Assembly: GCA_964035545.1 (NCBI GenBank)
Contig: OZ037766.1
Location: forward strand, 21,068,767-21,132,766
Direction: 5' to 3'
Length of the DNA: 64,000 nucleotides
Origin: Bugula neritina
Lineage: Eukaryota; Animalia; Bryozoa
Both the position numbers and the translations under genes were made by a program. The notes below the pieces were generated by a model that was not told the DNA's origin, searched no databases, and was given only the letters and a program-made list of their open reading frames with translations. Positions 12,491 to 25,529 of this stretch are shown piece after piece; the stretch's first letter is position 1; each line of letters starts with the position of its first letter.

Positions 12491-15400
12491 ATGCAGATAC
12501 AATCGTATTGGATCATCACTTGTTTATTATTTGTGACCAACTGGTCAGCAAATGGAGTGGAAGTCTCACGTAGGTTATACAAGTACTTGTGCTGTTTCCT
12601 CTGAATTTATGTGTATTTTGACCAGAAAACTGTTGATTGTGAAAATGATTATATATCCTAAATTAGAAACTGTGTCAGTTGTACACATGTGTAGTTAAAA
12701 TGTTTGAAAATTAACAGCAATTTATATACACTATATATATATATGCATAAATTGCGTTATCTTGAAAAAATTCATCAGCAACTAATTAAACGCCATATGT
12801 GCTATTTGCACAGTGCCAATGGCTGAAAAGGTTTTTGTTTCAGTCATTAATGCCGTCCACGACATCATGGCTATTCAATATGTAGATGCTACTTCGCAAG
12901 AACATGAAGGTGTACTCAATATCACAACAAGCTCATCAGCAACTAAAGAAAATGGTAGGTTTCAATTGCGTGGTGAGCGTTTGTACTAGGGCAATTTCAT
13001 GCAGTCTGTGTCATACATTTAAACATCTACAGATCCAGTCACCTTTTAATCAGTTTCTGAATATTCTATAGTTTTTTTATATTTGAATTTGACACCTTTG
13101 TAGCAGTCAACATTATTTTTGCATCAGCTCAACCTTGCCACATTAGGCTAGATTCAATATTTTTCAGACAAATCTCGGAGCTATTGTAATATAAAAGTTT
13201 TACTTTTTATAGAATGTATAACTTATATTTACTAGAAGCTGAATTAAAGCATATAACACGACAAAGGTAAAAGTGCATGCATGTGTGAATGTACATACCT
13301 ATAAGCGTATTATTACAATGTGATTATGTATATTCTTGTTTGTTTTACAAAACACAAAAACACAAGATTGTACCCATAACTGTATAACTGTACAAATAAG
13401 GTTTGCTCATGAAATCAAAGAGAAATCCTGCTACAAACATGGCATATGAATAGTGCTCAGTCAGGCATTGATGTAAAGACAAAAAACTAGGCTATTTAAA
13501 TCAATGTAAAAACTATTTGCAATAAGCTGATTGGTAAACTGCCTTAAAAGTTTGGAGTTGTCAATCTTAAAACAAAAGAATCATAGCAGTGCTTACCTAC
13601 CATATTTGGAGGTTTGTCCAGTCTAAGTTAAAATAGCTTTTCACAGCACACGAACAAGTGTTACTTAGTTATTTTGCTCAAAATAGTGATAAACAGACTA
13701 TGGATTTATATCTGAGTAATTACTATACATTTATGTTTTATTATTCATCATGCATCAAGCATTACATTATTTAACTATTTTTATGTATTTATAATGAGTG
13801 TAAAGTTTTTATTAGATAAACGGCCAGGTTTACATATAATTACTGAAATTGAATCACTGTGCTTTTCACCATTTTGCACAGCTGTAGTTATAATTAGATA
13901 AAGAAACCGACAAGTTTTAAACAAGTAATGAAATTTCATATCGTCTACTTTTAATGTGGCAATATTGGGATGTTTTGCAGCTTTTTGTATATTTAATCAT
14001 GTTTTTAGCTGCTTCTGTGGAAGAAACCACGAGTTCTACTGAATATGTGGTCTCTAAGTCTCTAGACAATGAAAATATCACTGGAGACATTTCAGAAAGT
14101 AAGTATATAACGTTACATAACAAAGACTTGCTATGTTTTTAAGTTGAATGTTAATAAGAAAACTGCAAAATTATTGTTTGTCTCCCATGGGTGAAAAAAA
14201 GTTTGTTGATTAAAGCAAAATTCCTATTATAGCCAAATATCACCTTGTAGTCTAGCATCCCTGTAGTTATTATTAGCAGATGTTATGACTATCATGATCG
14301 TTTACTACTACATAGTTTCTCTCACAGCATTGGATATGCATGCTACTACAATCAACAGCCCTGAATTATTTACATCCTTACATAAAGAGTCACGGTTCAG
14401 CAGTTTCGAAGATTTTTTATGTATTTATAATGAGTGTAAAGTTTTTATTAGATAAACGTCCAGGCTTAAATATAATTATTGAAATTAAATCACTATGCTT
14501 TTACCATTTTGCACAGCTGTAGTTGAAATTTCATATCGTCTACTTTTAATGTGACAATGGGATATTTTGCAGCTTTTTGTATTTTTAATCATGTTTTTAG
14601 CTACTTCTGTTGAAGAAACCACGAGCTCTACTGAATATGTGGTCTCTAAGTCTCTAGACGATGAAAATATCACTGGAAACATTTCAGAAAGTAAGTATAT
14701 AATGTTACATAACAAAGACTTGCTATGTTTTTAAGTTGAATGTTAATAAAAAAAACTGCAAAATTATTGTTTGTCTCCCATGGATAAAAAAAAATTTGTT
14801 GATTAAAGCAAAATTTCTATTATAGCCAAATATCACCTTGTAGTCTAGCATTCCTGTAGTTATTAATAGCAGATGTTATGACCATCATGATTGTTTACTG
14901 CTACATAGTTTCTCTCACAGCATTGAATATGCATGCTACTACAATCAACAGCCAGGAAATATTCACAACCCTTACATAAAGAGTCACAGTACAGCAGTTT
15001 TGAAGATTTTTAAAGTTGCTATCACAAAGGTTGAATAGCCATAAATATAAAAAACAGTGGAAAACTTGTTTTAAACCCCCTTAAAAGTTAATCTTATATT
15101 CCTTGCAATGAAAAACCACTGGTTTAGCTATAGATGCTGTATGCTAGGTTTTATAATATTCTATTTTTTTAACTTTTTACCCTTTCTTGCTCATCCTATA
15201 AACTATTTTCATTCATATTTGTTAAAGCCAGTTCAGCTCTTTCTGAAGCTCTGAAGCCATTTGTTAAAGAGACGAGCCCCACCAACCAGACTATGAAAAC
15301 AGGTGTTGTGTTAGACAATTCAACAGATACCAAAAAGAACGAGACAAAGGGTGAGTTGTTATTAGACAGCATTCCCATATTTTGCGGTAGCAGTAGCAGT

Positions 15401-16554
15401 AGCAGTTGGCATACAATGGCAAATAAAAACCTTGCAAGCCTATGCCATTATTTTATCCAGATCATTCTGTTAGAACAAAAAATAATACGTTTTAAGAAAG
15501 TTTATTTGCCAGAAACATCTATAGTGGCAGCTTTATGCTTTGTTTTATATCAATATATTTTGTTGCTAAGCCTTAATTCAACAATAAATGCATTCATTCC
15601 CACAACTATCCTTGCAGGGAGACTTCATCCCTCTCGACAAACAACTCCAAAATTACAAACTACTGCCACAAATGTTTCGCATCTAGAAGGAAACAGTAAG
15701 TCATAATTACATTCAGAATATTATTATATAGTCAGTCATTTAATTTCTAATAATTGTAAATATTTTATGTGAATTGAAAATTATTTTTTTATTTGATAAA
15801 TAAACATTTGCATCAAGTGGTAAGCGTTTTTTACATGTGCTGTAACTTGATACTTGTTTTAGGTGATAGATGTCCTCATGGTTATGTCCATTACCCAGTC
15901 ATGGACAATTGTTTACGCCTAGATAAACGCCCAGCCAACTGGTTTCAGGCACACAGAGACTGTGAGCTGGCAGGAGATCATTTGTTAGTACTGGACAATC
16001 CCAAACTGATGAACTGGTTTAAAATTCTTCGGTCTGAGCACTCTGGTTAGTTTTTTGCTACAAAACTTAAACTTCATCAGTGTTCTTGTTTTGCATACAT
16101 TTAATACTTTATAGTAGAATTAAGATGCTGTAGACTAAATGTTTGATTCAATTACTAACTGTTTTTTTCTTAAAGCCTTAATACAATTTATCAACTGTAA
16201 TTTTGAAAAGTGTATTAGCTATATAATTTCTGTAAATTGTAATTATATGTTTTGGCATTAACTGAAACAGAATCAGCATTGTGTGTTTTAGACTGGGAGA
16301 ATGATGAGCCCTTGTGGATAGCAGGCAGGAGAGCTGGTAGGGTATGGAAATGGTATGGCAGAGTTCGAGGTATCATTACTCAAACAAATTGGAATAATCA
16401 CACTCACGAACCAAATGCCCACTCAAAAGTTGATGCATGTGTCCAAGTTTTACCTGGATACTTTGATCATCTTTGGGACGACCAGCCGTGCTCTCACTAC
16501 TTACATTTTGTGTGTGAGAGACCAGGCAAAGACTATTCCCATATAAATGCATAA
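12491..16554 (+). CDS. CTL-D: secreted C-type lectin with N-terminal Ser/Thr-rich glycosylated stalk, ~338 aa, EPN/WDD
   Basis: Exons 12491-12569 (MQIQSYWIITCLLFVTNWSANGVEVS), 12844-12954, 14009-14098, 14601-14690, 15228 (or 15237)-15350, 15618-15695, 15863-16045 and 16292-16554. All are phase 1 and join to an open 1017-nt frame. CTLD: CPHGY..LWIAG..EPN..CV..WDDQPC..FVCE. The CTLD exons are certain; the stalk exons are less so. Confidence 0.82.
13777..15011. repeat. Tandem duplication of ~600-635 bp (13777-14412, 14413-15011), each unit carrying a 90-nt coding exon
   Basis: Near-identical units run from ttttatgtatttataatgagtgtaaag to cagcagttt(c/t)gaagatttt. Copy 2 has a ~39-bp deletion. Confidence 0.92.
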
Positions 16555-19152
16555 ACAGAACTGTCTCTGATGTTTCATTCTTCTCGGTCTATTGTGACTC
16601 AGCTTTTTAATAAAAAGTTTTAAATTGCCCCAAATTTAGTTTTGCCCTCAATAATAAATGTCTTAGCATTTTAAGTTTACTATAAAATAAATCAATATAC
16701 ATATTATACCTATGTGGCTATGTCTATTAAGTAATGAGGTAGTGTCATGTAAACAATATAATTAATACACAAATTGCCAACTATGTACTGTAAACACTAG
16801 TAATGTGTGTAAGAAAATATACAGTATATTATATGCTATTTGTTGTTTGGATAACTTGCATAAATTGAGCTTTAAATATATATACCTGCATCCGTAAATA
16901 CACAGGCCTATTTTTCAATATTATAATAGTTTGTATAACTAGTACACAAGTATGAAATCATTGTATTTACCGAATTGTGTCAAAAATCCTCCATATAATA
17001 TAAAACATTCTAAATTAAACAGCCAAAATACCGCTGCATATTTTTAACCAACTTAGTTGTTTAGTCATCTATACTCTAAGAATTTCATAGATGCGTTTAA
17101 TTGTTAAAAACTAATAACAAATTCAAGCTAATAGATAATAATATAAAGTACAGACTGTTGGTTTAACTAAATGTCGTTACTCAAATCTAAGCACTAATTA
17201 TACATTAATGTGTTTGTGTTAGGGCAACTAGTGTAACAATTAGATTTTGAGGTTTGGGCAGAAACAAATAGTGAACATTTTGGCAGTTGAAATTGTAAAA
17301 TTGTAAAATTTCTTAGACTGGTATCCTACATGTACATGCTGAAATATTTTGTTATGTACACAAATACTGCTGCATCAGAGAAAGGGTAGATGCAAGAGCT
17401 AATAATAGGAGTACAAAGCCTTTCACCATTTAATGATGGTTTAAAAAACACTGTTTAGTGTTAACAAAATTATTCACTGCAGACTCCTGAAACAGGGAAG
17501 TTACGGATGTAGGTGAAACAATATAATGTTGATTTTTACATCTGAGCACTATCAAACCTAATGCAACCATGTGCAATAATGATTTAAGTTGAAACTTGCT
17601 TTTTTATCTGTTTAGTAGCCCATTTGCTTAGACCTTAAAAGCTTAAAAGAAACTGACATCTGAATAGTAAAGAAAAAGTACAGGTATGATGAGAAAACAC
17701 CAGAGCAAAAGTCTCTGTTCAAAAACATTAAAAATAAAAATTTGTGTCATTAAGTAAGGATTATGTTGAAAATATTTTTGACATGATTTGTGCTAATATA
17801 CATTTCAGCTCAATCCGAAACCATCAAGCAATGGTAGTACCTTACTTCAATAACAACTCCTGCTGTTTACCTATTTTATACTAATAGCTACCCGTTCATT
17901 AAGTATTACAACTGTTGGTCTTGCACACAGCTTGATCATGTATGCAAAACAGCCTGGCTGGTTAATTTGGACTGACTACTATAGTAGTTGCTATATAATT
18001 AAGTATACTATCCTAAATTATATGTTTCATGCTTCTTATATATAGTTTCTATATACACTTGGGCTATAGGGAGTTTGAATTTTCTTATCATTTATTTTAA
18101 AATAAAACTCTTAGATCTTTATATTTCTAAGGTTTTTGTTTTTGTTTGTGTTTGCCAAAATGAATTATAAACAGCTGTTCAGAATAATAATTAAATGTAT
18201 TTTGGTTACAATTGCTATGAATTTTGTAAGGGTCACCTGTCTTAGAAAATTGTAAAACAAAACTACAGCCCTATTAGATCTAACGATAAGATGTGACACT
18301 CCAAGTTTGTACCCATGCAGTGTGTGAGATACAAAACAGCAAAGTTGAAATTAGGAGTTTAATTAGACCTAGACTTAGATAATGTTGTTGAGTGAATACT
18401 CAAAACTTGCTTTATGAATAAAATAAATTTATGTTATATCACTGTACTGTATGTTTGTTGTTTTATCATGGGAAATAATTTTAGGCCCATATACACCAAC
18501 TGAATAATTACCCAACTTAGTGTACAGGCAACTCACATTGTTGCAGTTGCAGTAAACAATGAGGTGTATACTGTCACTGTATAAAGAATAATATTAGAAT
18601 TTGTTTCTGGGTGTTTTGTCTTGTGTTGCTAAACTATTGCAGTTTTCTAGCCATACTTAGCAGCTTTCACTGCAACACTTTACAAGTAGTAGGGCTACAG
18701 ACTTTCATTTTCTTAAAGCGAAAGCCATTAGTCTCAGAAAACAACTTGTATATTTTTCGATAGATGAAAAAATAAACACACAATCTAGTATATCTTTATT
18801 CAATGAAAATAAAATATTTATAAATTACTGCACCAAACATGCGAACAGCTGAAATTTGTAATTATTTTATTTTATGTGAAAATGAACTATGTCCATCAGA
18901 TTTTACAAGCTAATGCACTATTATAGATTGCATTTTAAAAGCCACCAACTGCTACAAAATTCATCAATCATTATTGGTATTTGATAACCTGCAGGCTATC
19001 AAATACCAACTGTTTAAGGTAATTACATTAATCAAAGTATTTGAGAAAGTTAATAATTAAGAGGCATAAAACAAGTATCTCTGACAAAATTTTCACTCTT
19101 AGTAAAAGCAAATGTCATCAAGAAATTGACAATCATGACTAAACTGAACTAT

Positions 19153-21176
19153 TTAATACTTTGAAATAGGCCTCTCGCACATGTATCTCTTTTTCCTTGA
19201 ACAATCATCTTCTGCCCATGTCAAGTCTGGGAACCCCAACTGTTGCAGGCAGACACGTTTTGGGTGATTCTTATCTAAGCCGAATCTAGGTCTCCCACGC
19301 TTGTAATTGCTTAATAGAATAGGCATTCCAGTTTTGCTACCGGATCCCCATCTCCAAACGCCATCATAGTTTTTTCCTCCTAGCCAAACTTGAAACTTTC
19401 TCCATTCTGAATCACATAAAAACTCAACTATATTTTTATCTCATATTAGAGTATTTGAGGTATGCTGCTTATAGTGAAAAATCTGCAGATTATGTCGTAT
19501 TTTTCACTGTTTATTATTGCTAACTGTAGCATGTTGATAATATGTTAGTAATTTTCATCTTTCAGATTGTTTTTTATGTTGCAGGTTGTAAATTCAACTG
19601 CAGGTAATAACTACCAATATTTATTGCTAAACAACTATTTGATATTCCTCTAATAAGCTGACGTACTCAGGCTTGAAAACAAACAGATCACTGAATGTGT
19701 CTTTCATACCATACCATACCATACAATACCATACCATACCATACCATACCATACCATACCATACCATACCATACCATACCATACCATACCATACCATACC
19801 ATACCATACCATACCATACCATACCATACCATACCATACCATACCATACCATACCATACCATACCATACCATACCATACCATACCATACCATACCATACC
19901 ATACCATACCATACCATACCATACCATACCATACCATACCATACCATACCATACCATACCATACTATACCATACCATACCATACCATACAATACCACCCC
20001 ATACCATACTATACTATGCCATAACAGCTGGTCATCCATAACAAGGTTTAACTAATTGTGAGTTTGCAGTTATGATAGATTTTTTTCATCAAATTGTGGA
20101 TTATAGTTTATAACTTGAGTAGTGCACTACTACATCTAAATCATATATTATCATTAATTTCTATGGCTAACAAAAATAAAACAATATTGTTACAGATGAA
20201 ACAAAAATCAATAAAAAAACAAAATGTATGTGTATACTAGTTGTTCATATTTGCCGGATTTGAAAAAAAGTTGCTGGGCTTTGCTGTTTTAGCAACTTAT
20301 AAGACGTAATTTCAATGCACTCACCGTAAAATTGAGCTCTTAAAGTTCTAAATCCCACGATATCTTTAATTGTATCCAATACCAAGAGTGAGTCATTGCT
20401 TGCCCTACAAGCCATGGCGGCATCGTTCCATCCCAGCTCGTCATAAGAGAATCTCATACATGCTAGTTTAAAAGCTCCTAACATGTATCCTTTTGGACAC
20501 AGCTCTAAAATATACATTACATTTATTTGCGATTACTGATGAAAATAAGTCCTAGGTTCTTAAAAGACTGATACTTATTTGCAAGACATACAGAGTCTAA
20601 ATAAAATATAGCTCTCAGCTTTGCATAATGTTTGATAGATACATATAATAATCCTAACACAGGATATTTAATTAGTGTTTTGAACTTTTTTGAGAAAGTA
20701 CCTTTTTTCTACTCTAATATACAAGCACTTATTTATTGAAGAGTTTAGAAATTTTTATAATTTAATGTAAAACAAGCAAGTTTACTAGTCAAATTTATTG
20801 TAACCCTTATATAAGAATGTTTTCAGTTGTTACTAATTAAAACAAAAAGCAACTTATATTTTTCCTAGAATACAAAACATTTTTCCCTACAAAAATTGTT
20901 TGTGTTGAGATTTGATTTTCCCATGTGTTTTTTACCATAATTCATTCTTTGTAACAAAAATATACTAACTATAGAAGTATTTAAGCAATTTTGTCAGCTC
21001 CATCAGTATTTTTGTAAAGTAAGTTGTTAATTGAAGCATCATAACACACTAAATTATTTCATTAGTCACCTACAAAAGTCATTATGACAAGTTTGCTTAC
21101 CCTGATTAGCTTTAGTTGATGGTAGCCAGCTTGCTACAAAGAAAAAAGCTCCAACCATCACATAGTACTTCAGCAT
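19153..21176 (-). CDS. CTL-E: secreted cationic C-type lectin-like protein, ~169 aa, RPR/WAE
   Basis: Exons 21176-21101 (MLKYYVMVGAFFFVASWLPSTKANQ), 20504-20325 and 19406-19153 (EWRKFQVWLGG..NYKRGRPRFG..VCLQQLGFPDLTWAEDDCSRKKRYMCERPISKY*). Introns are phase 1. Exons 1 and 3 are absent from the ORF track. Confidence 0.92.
19705..20020. repeat. (CATAC)n pentanucleotide microsatellite in CTL-E intron 2
   Basis: Seen directly in the sequence; it generates the spurious MVWYG/PYHTI ORFs. Confidence 0.97.
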
Positions 21177-21909
21177 CTTTATTATAGTTTTAATAAGTAT
21201 TTTTAAATATTAATGCTCAACTTTCTTCTATAACATTGATTATAAAGCAATATGTATGTTCCTAAATAGATAACTTCAAACAGTGAAGCTGTCACTTCGG
21301 CCTTTTGATGAGTATATGCAACCTCTATATTTGTATTTGAATCTTTAAATGATAATAAAACCAAGACTGTAATAATATGTTACAGGTTTGAAGTTATAAA
21401 TGTTGTTATTAAAGTTCAAGTGGTTTCATGGTGGTAGAAGTGGTGGGCCTCCAAAGGATGCATTCAAAGATTCAACAAAGAATTTTGTTTGGTAACTAAT
21501 AATAAAGGCAGATATTTGTGAATTAATAATAGTTCTTTTAGAAATGCTGCATTTTATGCGTAATTGTGTAAAATTAATGCCATGTTTATAGAAAGCAGCA
21601 CTATTTAGGACAACAAAAATATGCTGGTAACTGCAGCTTAATTGAAACAAACAAACAGTGTGCATCAGAAACTATGATCTTTGATTTCACTATAATACTT
21701 TGTACTTGGCAAGTATAGCGTATGTTATCCTTCAGCTAATGCATGCAAGTGAATCTTGGGTTACCATTCTTTGGGAGCTTAAATTAGAATGAGTGTAGAC
21801 ATAATGGCGAAAAGTTTTTGAAACGTGCAAAAATATTTCTATAAATTATCGCCTTTTTCTTTTTATATCTTTTACTATTTTTGACGGTATTTTATCAGTG
21901 TTTGCATAT

Positions 21910-21985
21910 GCTGATTTGCTGTGACTTATTTGCTGTGACTGATTTGTTGTGACTGATTTCATATGGCTGAGTTGTTATGGCTGTG
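21910..21985. repeat. Short 14-bp tandem repeat (ctgatttgctgtga)-like, about 5 degenerate copies
   Basis: ctgatttgctgtgacttatttgctgtgactgatttgttgtgactgatttc... Confidence 0.7.
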
Positions 21986-22930
21986 TCACATTATTAACAG
22001 TAGCAGTTATAGTTATAGCATGTGGTAGTTCAAATATAATACACATTTAAACTACCTACACCACCCATGTATAATTCTATTTGTTATTACATATATTATC
22101 TAATTATGCAGGTTGCCCAAGATGGCGCAATATTGATATTTTATCTCTTTAAACATAATGGTCATAATTATTACACACCCATTTCAAACACCCATAACTT
22201 ATTTGCAGTAATTTGTGGTTCCCTACCCACTATTTGAAGCAGTTTGTTTACTCTTTTTTTTAATAAAGAGTTGCATAACTTTACCAACTTCTGCAGAAAA
22301 CAAAACTGTTAAATTCTAAAAACTTGCTTCATGTAAATTTTTAGCCTATACTGTGCAAATTTCTTAACCTTTTATATGAATTTAGCAGCTTTGGTGTAAA
22401 TTGCAAGTTATTACATAAAAACAGTTTTACGCAGTTGTAACTGCATTATTAAAAACTCATAGACTGTATGATGCTGCTTCCATATACTGCATATATAATA
22501 TAATATCATCTGTAAGATTAGATTAGTGAATTGCCAAAGATTTCTATAGTATAGCTAGCTGATACATTTAGAAATGGTTTTTTTTATATTTATTTGCATT
22601 TATTACAGCTGACTGCAAAGTCTAAATTTTCTACACACCTAAAGGATGAACAATAATACATATAATAATAATAATATAGGTAACCGTCACAATAGCTTAA
22701 ATTCTATAACTGTCTGGATAGTTATCATTGGAATTATAGCTCTTTTGTTAAGGTGCTTAGCTGGTAGGCTGGTTTAAAGCTGCTGCTGCACTGCTACTTT
22801 AGTAAAATCTTAGATTTTACAAACTCTATTTAAAACTTTAAAATAATCAACAACTTACACAACATTTTACAAATATATCTAATAAATTTTAACATGAGAG
22901 TTTTAAAAGAGTTGAAGTAATGACTTGTTA

Positions 22931-25529
22931 TCACCATATAACTAAGTTATCTTGCAGGCTTGGTCTCTCACACATGTACTTTCTAGCAGTCCCGCAATCA
23001 TCTTCTGCCCAAGAAAAGTCTGGAATTCCTTGAACTTTAATGCATACAGTTTTAGACGTGGTACTGGCTGGCTTAAATAAGAGTTTACCAGATTGGTAAG
23101 TGGCTGGCAAAAAAGGAGAACCGTCTACTCTACCGTACCATTTCCATTCACCACCAGTCCTTTTACTGCCTATCCACACAGGCTCATTTGTTTTCCATGC
23201 TAAAAGCATAAACCCATAATAATGCTAGTCTTTAATTTTAACAAAGTACTGTCACAGAGCACATTTGTAATTTGCTAAATAATCTCTGGCTCACTGTAAC
23301 ATTTATGTAAAATATTTTATGGAGATATTTTCTAATTGGTGATTGTTATCTTTGGCATAAAAGCCCCAAAAACTTTTTAAGCAGCACAAATTCTTCTATA
23401 ACAAATTTAAAAACTCAAAAAACTTATTTTACTTACTTACAAAAAATTGATAAAAATATTTCAGCACTATTATTATTATTTGGTTGTATCACAGCTTTTT
23501 AGCTGGTGTAACCTTCTACCATCGGCCTAGTTTCACTAGGCTTGGATGGATAGAACTTTCCTCAAGATGTGAGCTGATCCTAGTAAGGCTGTCTGCTGAA
23601 TCAGTGGGTATTTGTTTTTAGCTACTCCAAGTAGGTCCATCCAGTCTACAGTTTTGTGTGAAGCTCCAAGGGCTCCAATTACAATGGGGATGACTTTTTT
23701 TGATGTTTTCCAAAGGCGGGTTAACTCTAGTGCTAAATCTTGATATTTTCTTATCTTCTCTAATTCTTTTCTTTTACTCTGTAGTCACCAGGAACTGCGA
23801 TATCAATGATTGTTGTTTCAGTATTACGCTTGTCAACTACTACTATATCAGGCCTCCTAGCTTCGATGACTTTGTCGATGTGTATGTTGAAGTCTCACAA
23901 TATTTTTACATTGTCATTCTCCAGTACTGATTCTGCTAGGTGGCCGTACCAAATTTTGCTTCTCTGAAATCCATGAAGTTCACACAACTTCCAGTGAATT
24001 ATTGATGCCACATGGTCGTGTCTTTTTTTTATATTCTCCTTGTGCTAACTTCTCACATTCACTCAGTATATGCATCACAGTCTCGTCCTTTGCATTACAC
24101 ATCCGACACTTCTTGCTACCTTGTTCCTTCATTATAGCTACTTTATAATTTCTAGTAGGGAGTGCTTGATCATGCATAGCCAACAGCAGTCCTTCTGTTT
24201 CTTTTTTCAGCTAACCAGATTTCAACCATTTCCATAAGAATGTTTTCATGTCTTTCACCTTTCTGATGTACTGACCATGGCCTTTTTTTCCACTCATCAG
24301 TTTTTTCTGATTTATTGTTCTTAAGTTCTATCGCTGTTTTGCCCTTCAGGAAGGTATTCAGAGTAGTGTCTCCATCAGTGCATGTCCTCTTTATGTAATC
24401 TGACATGCTGCATTCTTCAATCTTTACACATTCTTCAATTGACAACATCTCTCTGCCCCCTTCCCTTCTGCTAACATACAGTCTGTCTACATCTGCTCTT
24501 GGATGGAGTGCAATGGGATTATTATTATTATTATCATTATTACTATTATATTAAATTTTTGCACAGCTCAAACTTGATTTTTCATATGTATATGAATAAT
24601 GCAGAAAATAAACTCACGCAAGTTTATAGTCGCTATCCCTGTGAGAAACCCCTGTTGGAAAGGGTTTTTATTAGAACGGGCTAAGGACTAGTTCAAATGA
24701 GGCACAAGAGCATTTATGACTGGATGCTCTTCCTAACATCACCAATGGCCTTTGTCGGGTTCGAACCCATGACTTCGTGTTCACAAAGCAAACGCTTTAA
24801 CCCCTAGACTACGACTGCTCCCTGAATAATGCAGAAAATAGCTGTTTATTTTTTCAATAAATAAGATTTCATTTCTTTTCGTTAAATAAAAATTATCTGT
24901 AAATGACTACAAGCAGTAAATATATAAAGTAACCCTGATGATGAGTTTACACCAAGTTTTGGTTGTTCAATTGGTATAAAATTCATTTGAATTCAAATGC
25001 ATACTATAAGAGCTAATAAAAAAACCGGTTTAAGGAGCCATCACTTTTTAAGTACCTTTCAATGTTTTTCTTTGTGTTTTAAACCATGTAATCAGCTCTA
25101 AAGTGTCGAGTACCAACAATGTGTCACCACTCTCTTCACAGGCAGCTTTGGCAGAGTCCCAGGACCTTTGATCTTGAGAAATTCGTACACAAATGCTGTT
25201 ATTGTTGCTCTGTACATATCCTCCACTTGGACACAGCGCATCTAACATATTATTCAGAGTGGAAAAATAAACTATTCATAAAGCAGAAAAAGTAATGATT
25301 GTTTAAAAAGTCAAAATTATATTTTTATACTAATTATGATTGTGTGAAGTTTACAACAAATAGCTATAAAAACTTATAATTACAGTAAAATTTTATTATT
25401 TGCAAAACAATATTGTATTCAGTTTTTTTATTATTTAATGTACTTACCAGAACTATTTACTTGACACGCTACGAACCACAAGACAACAGTGAAGAAAGTT
25501 AGTAGTGCTGTTTGACTTAAACTACTCAT
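22931..25529 (-). CDS. CTL-F: secreted C-type lectin-like protein, ~178 aa, no EPN/QPD (KLL), WAE
   Basis: Exons 25529-25448 (MSSLSQTALLTFFTVVLWFVACQVNSS), 25241-25056 and 23199-22931 (VWIGS..VCIKVQGIPDFSWAEDDCGTARKYMCERP). Introns are phase 1. Confidence 0.92.
23481..24518 (-). mobile_element. 5'-truncated non-LTR retrotransposon with restriction-like endonuclease, R4/Dong/Rex6-like, in CTL-F intron 2
   Basis: HPRADVDRLYVSRREGGR, CCHC knuckle CRMC..ETVMHILSEC, and RLE motif RRPDIVVVD..IIDIAVP..EKIRKYQDL..PIVIGALG. It contains frameshifts and has (TAA)n on both flanks. Confidence 0.88.
24611..24822 (-). mobile_element. tRNA-derived SINE with 18-bp TSD
   Basis: The minus strand begins gggagcagtcgtagtctaggggtt (A box) ... 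gggttcgaaccc (B box). TSD tgaataatgcagaaaata at 24593-24610 and 24823-24840. Confidence 0.88.

Noticed and set aside
13954-14142. ORF MWQYWDVLQLFVYLIMFLAAS.. as the signal-peptide exon of CTL-D
   Set aside because: The hydrophobic part is a polypyrimidine tract ending in tttttag, and the duplicate has ATG-TGA there while keeping the 90-nt exon intact. A family-sized signal exon exists at 12491-12569. It is not fully excluded as an alternative start.
19627-20041. MVWYG / PYHTI repeat ORFs
   Set aside because: Translations of an intronic (CATAC)n microsatellite
20420-20432. WND tripeptide in CTL-E exon 2 as the sugar-binding WND motif
   Set aside because: It lies at the start of helix 1 (GWNDAAMAC); the true beta-4 position reads WAE
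24611-24822. tRNA gene
   Set aside because: It has A and B boxes but also a long non-tRNA body, a TSD and a diverged second copy, so it is a SINE
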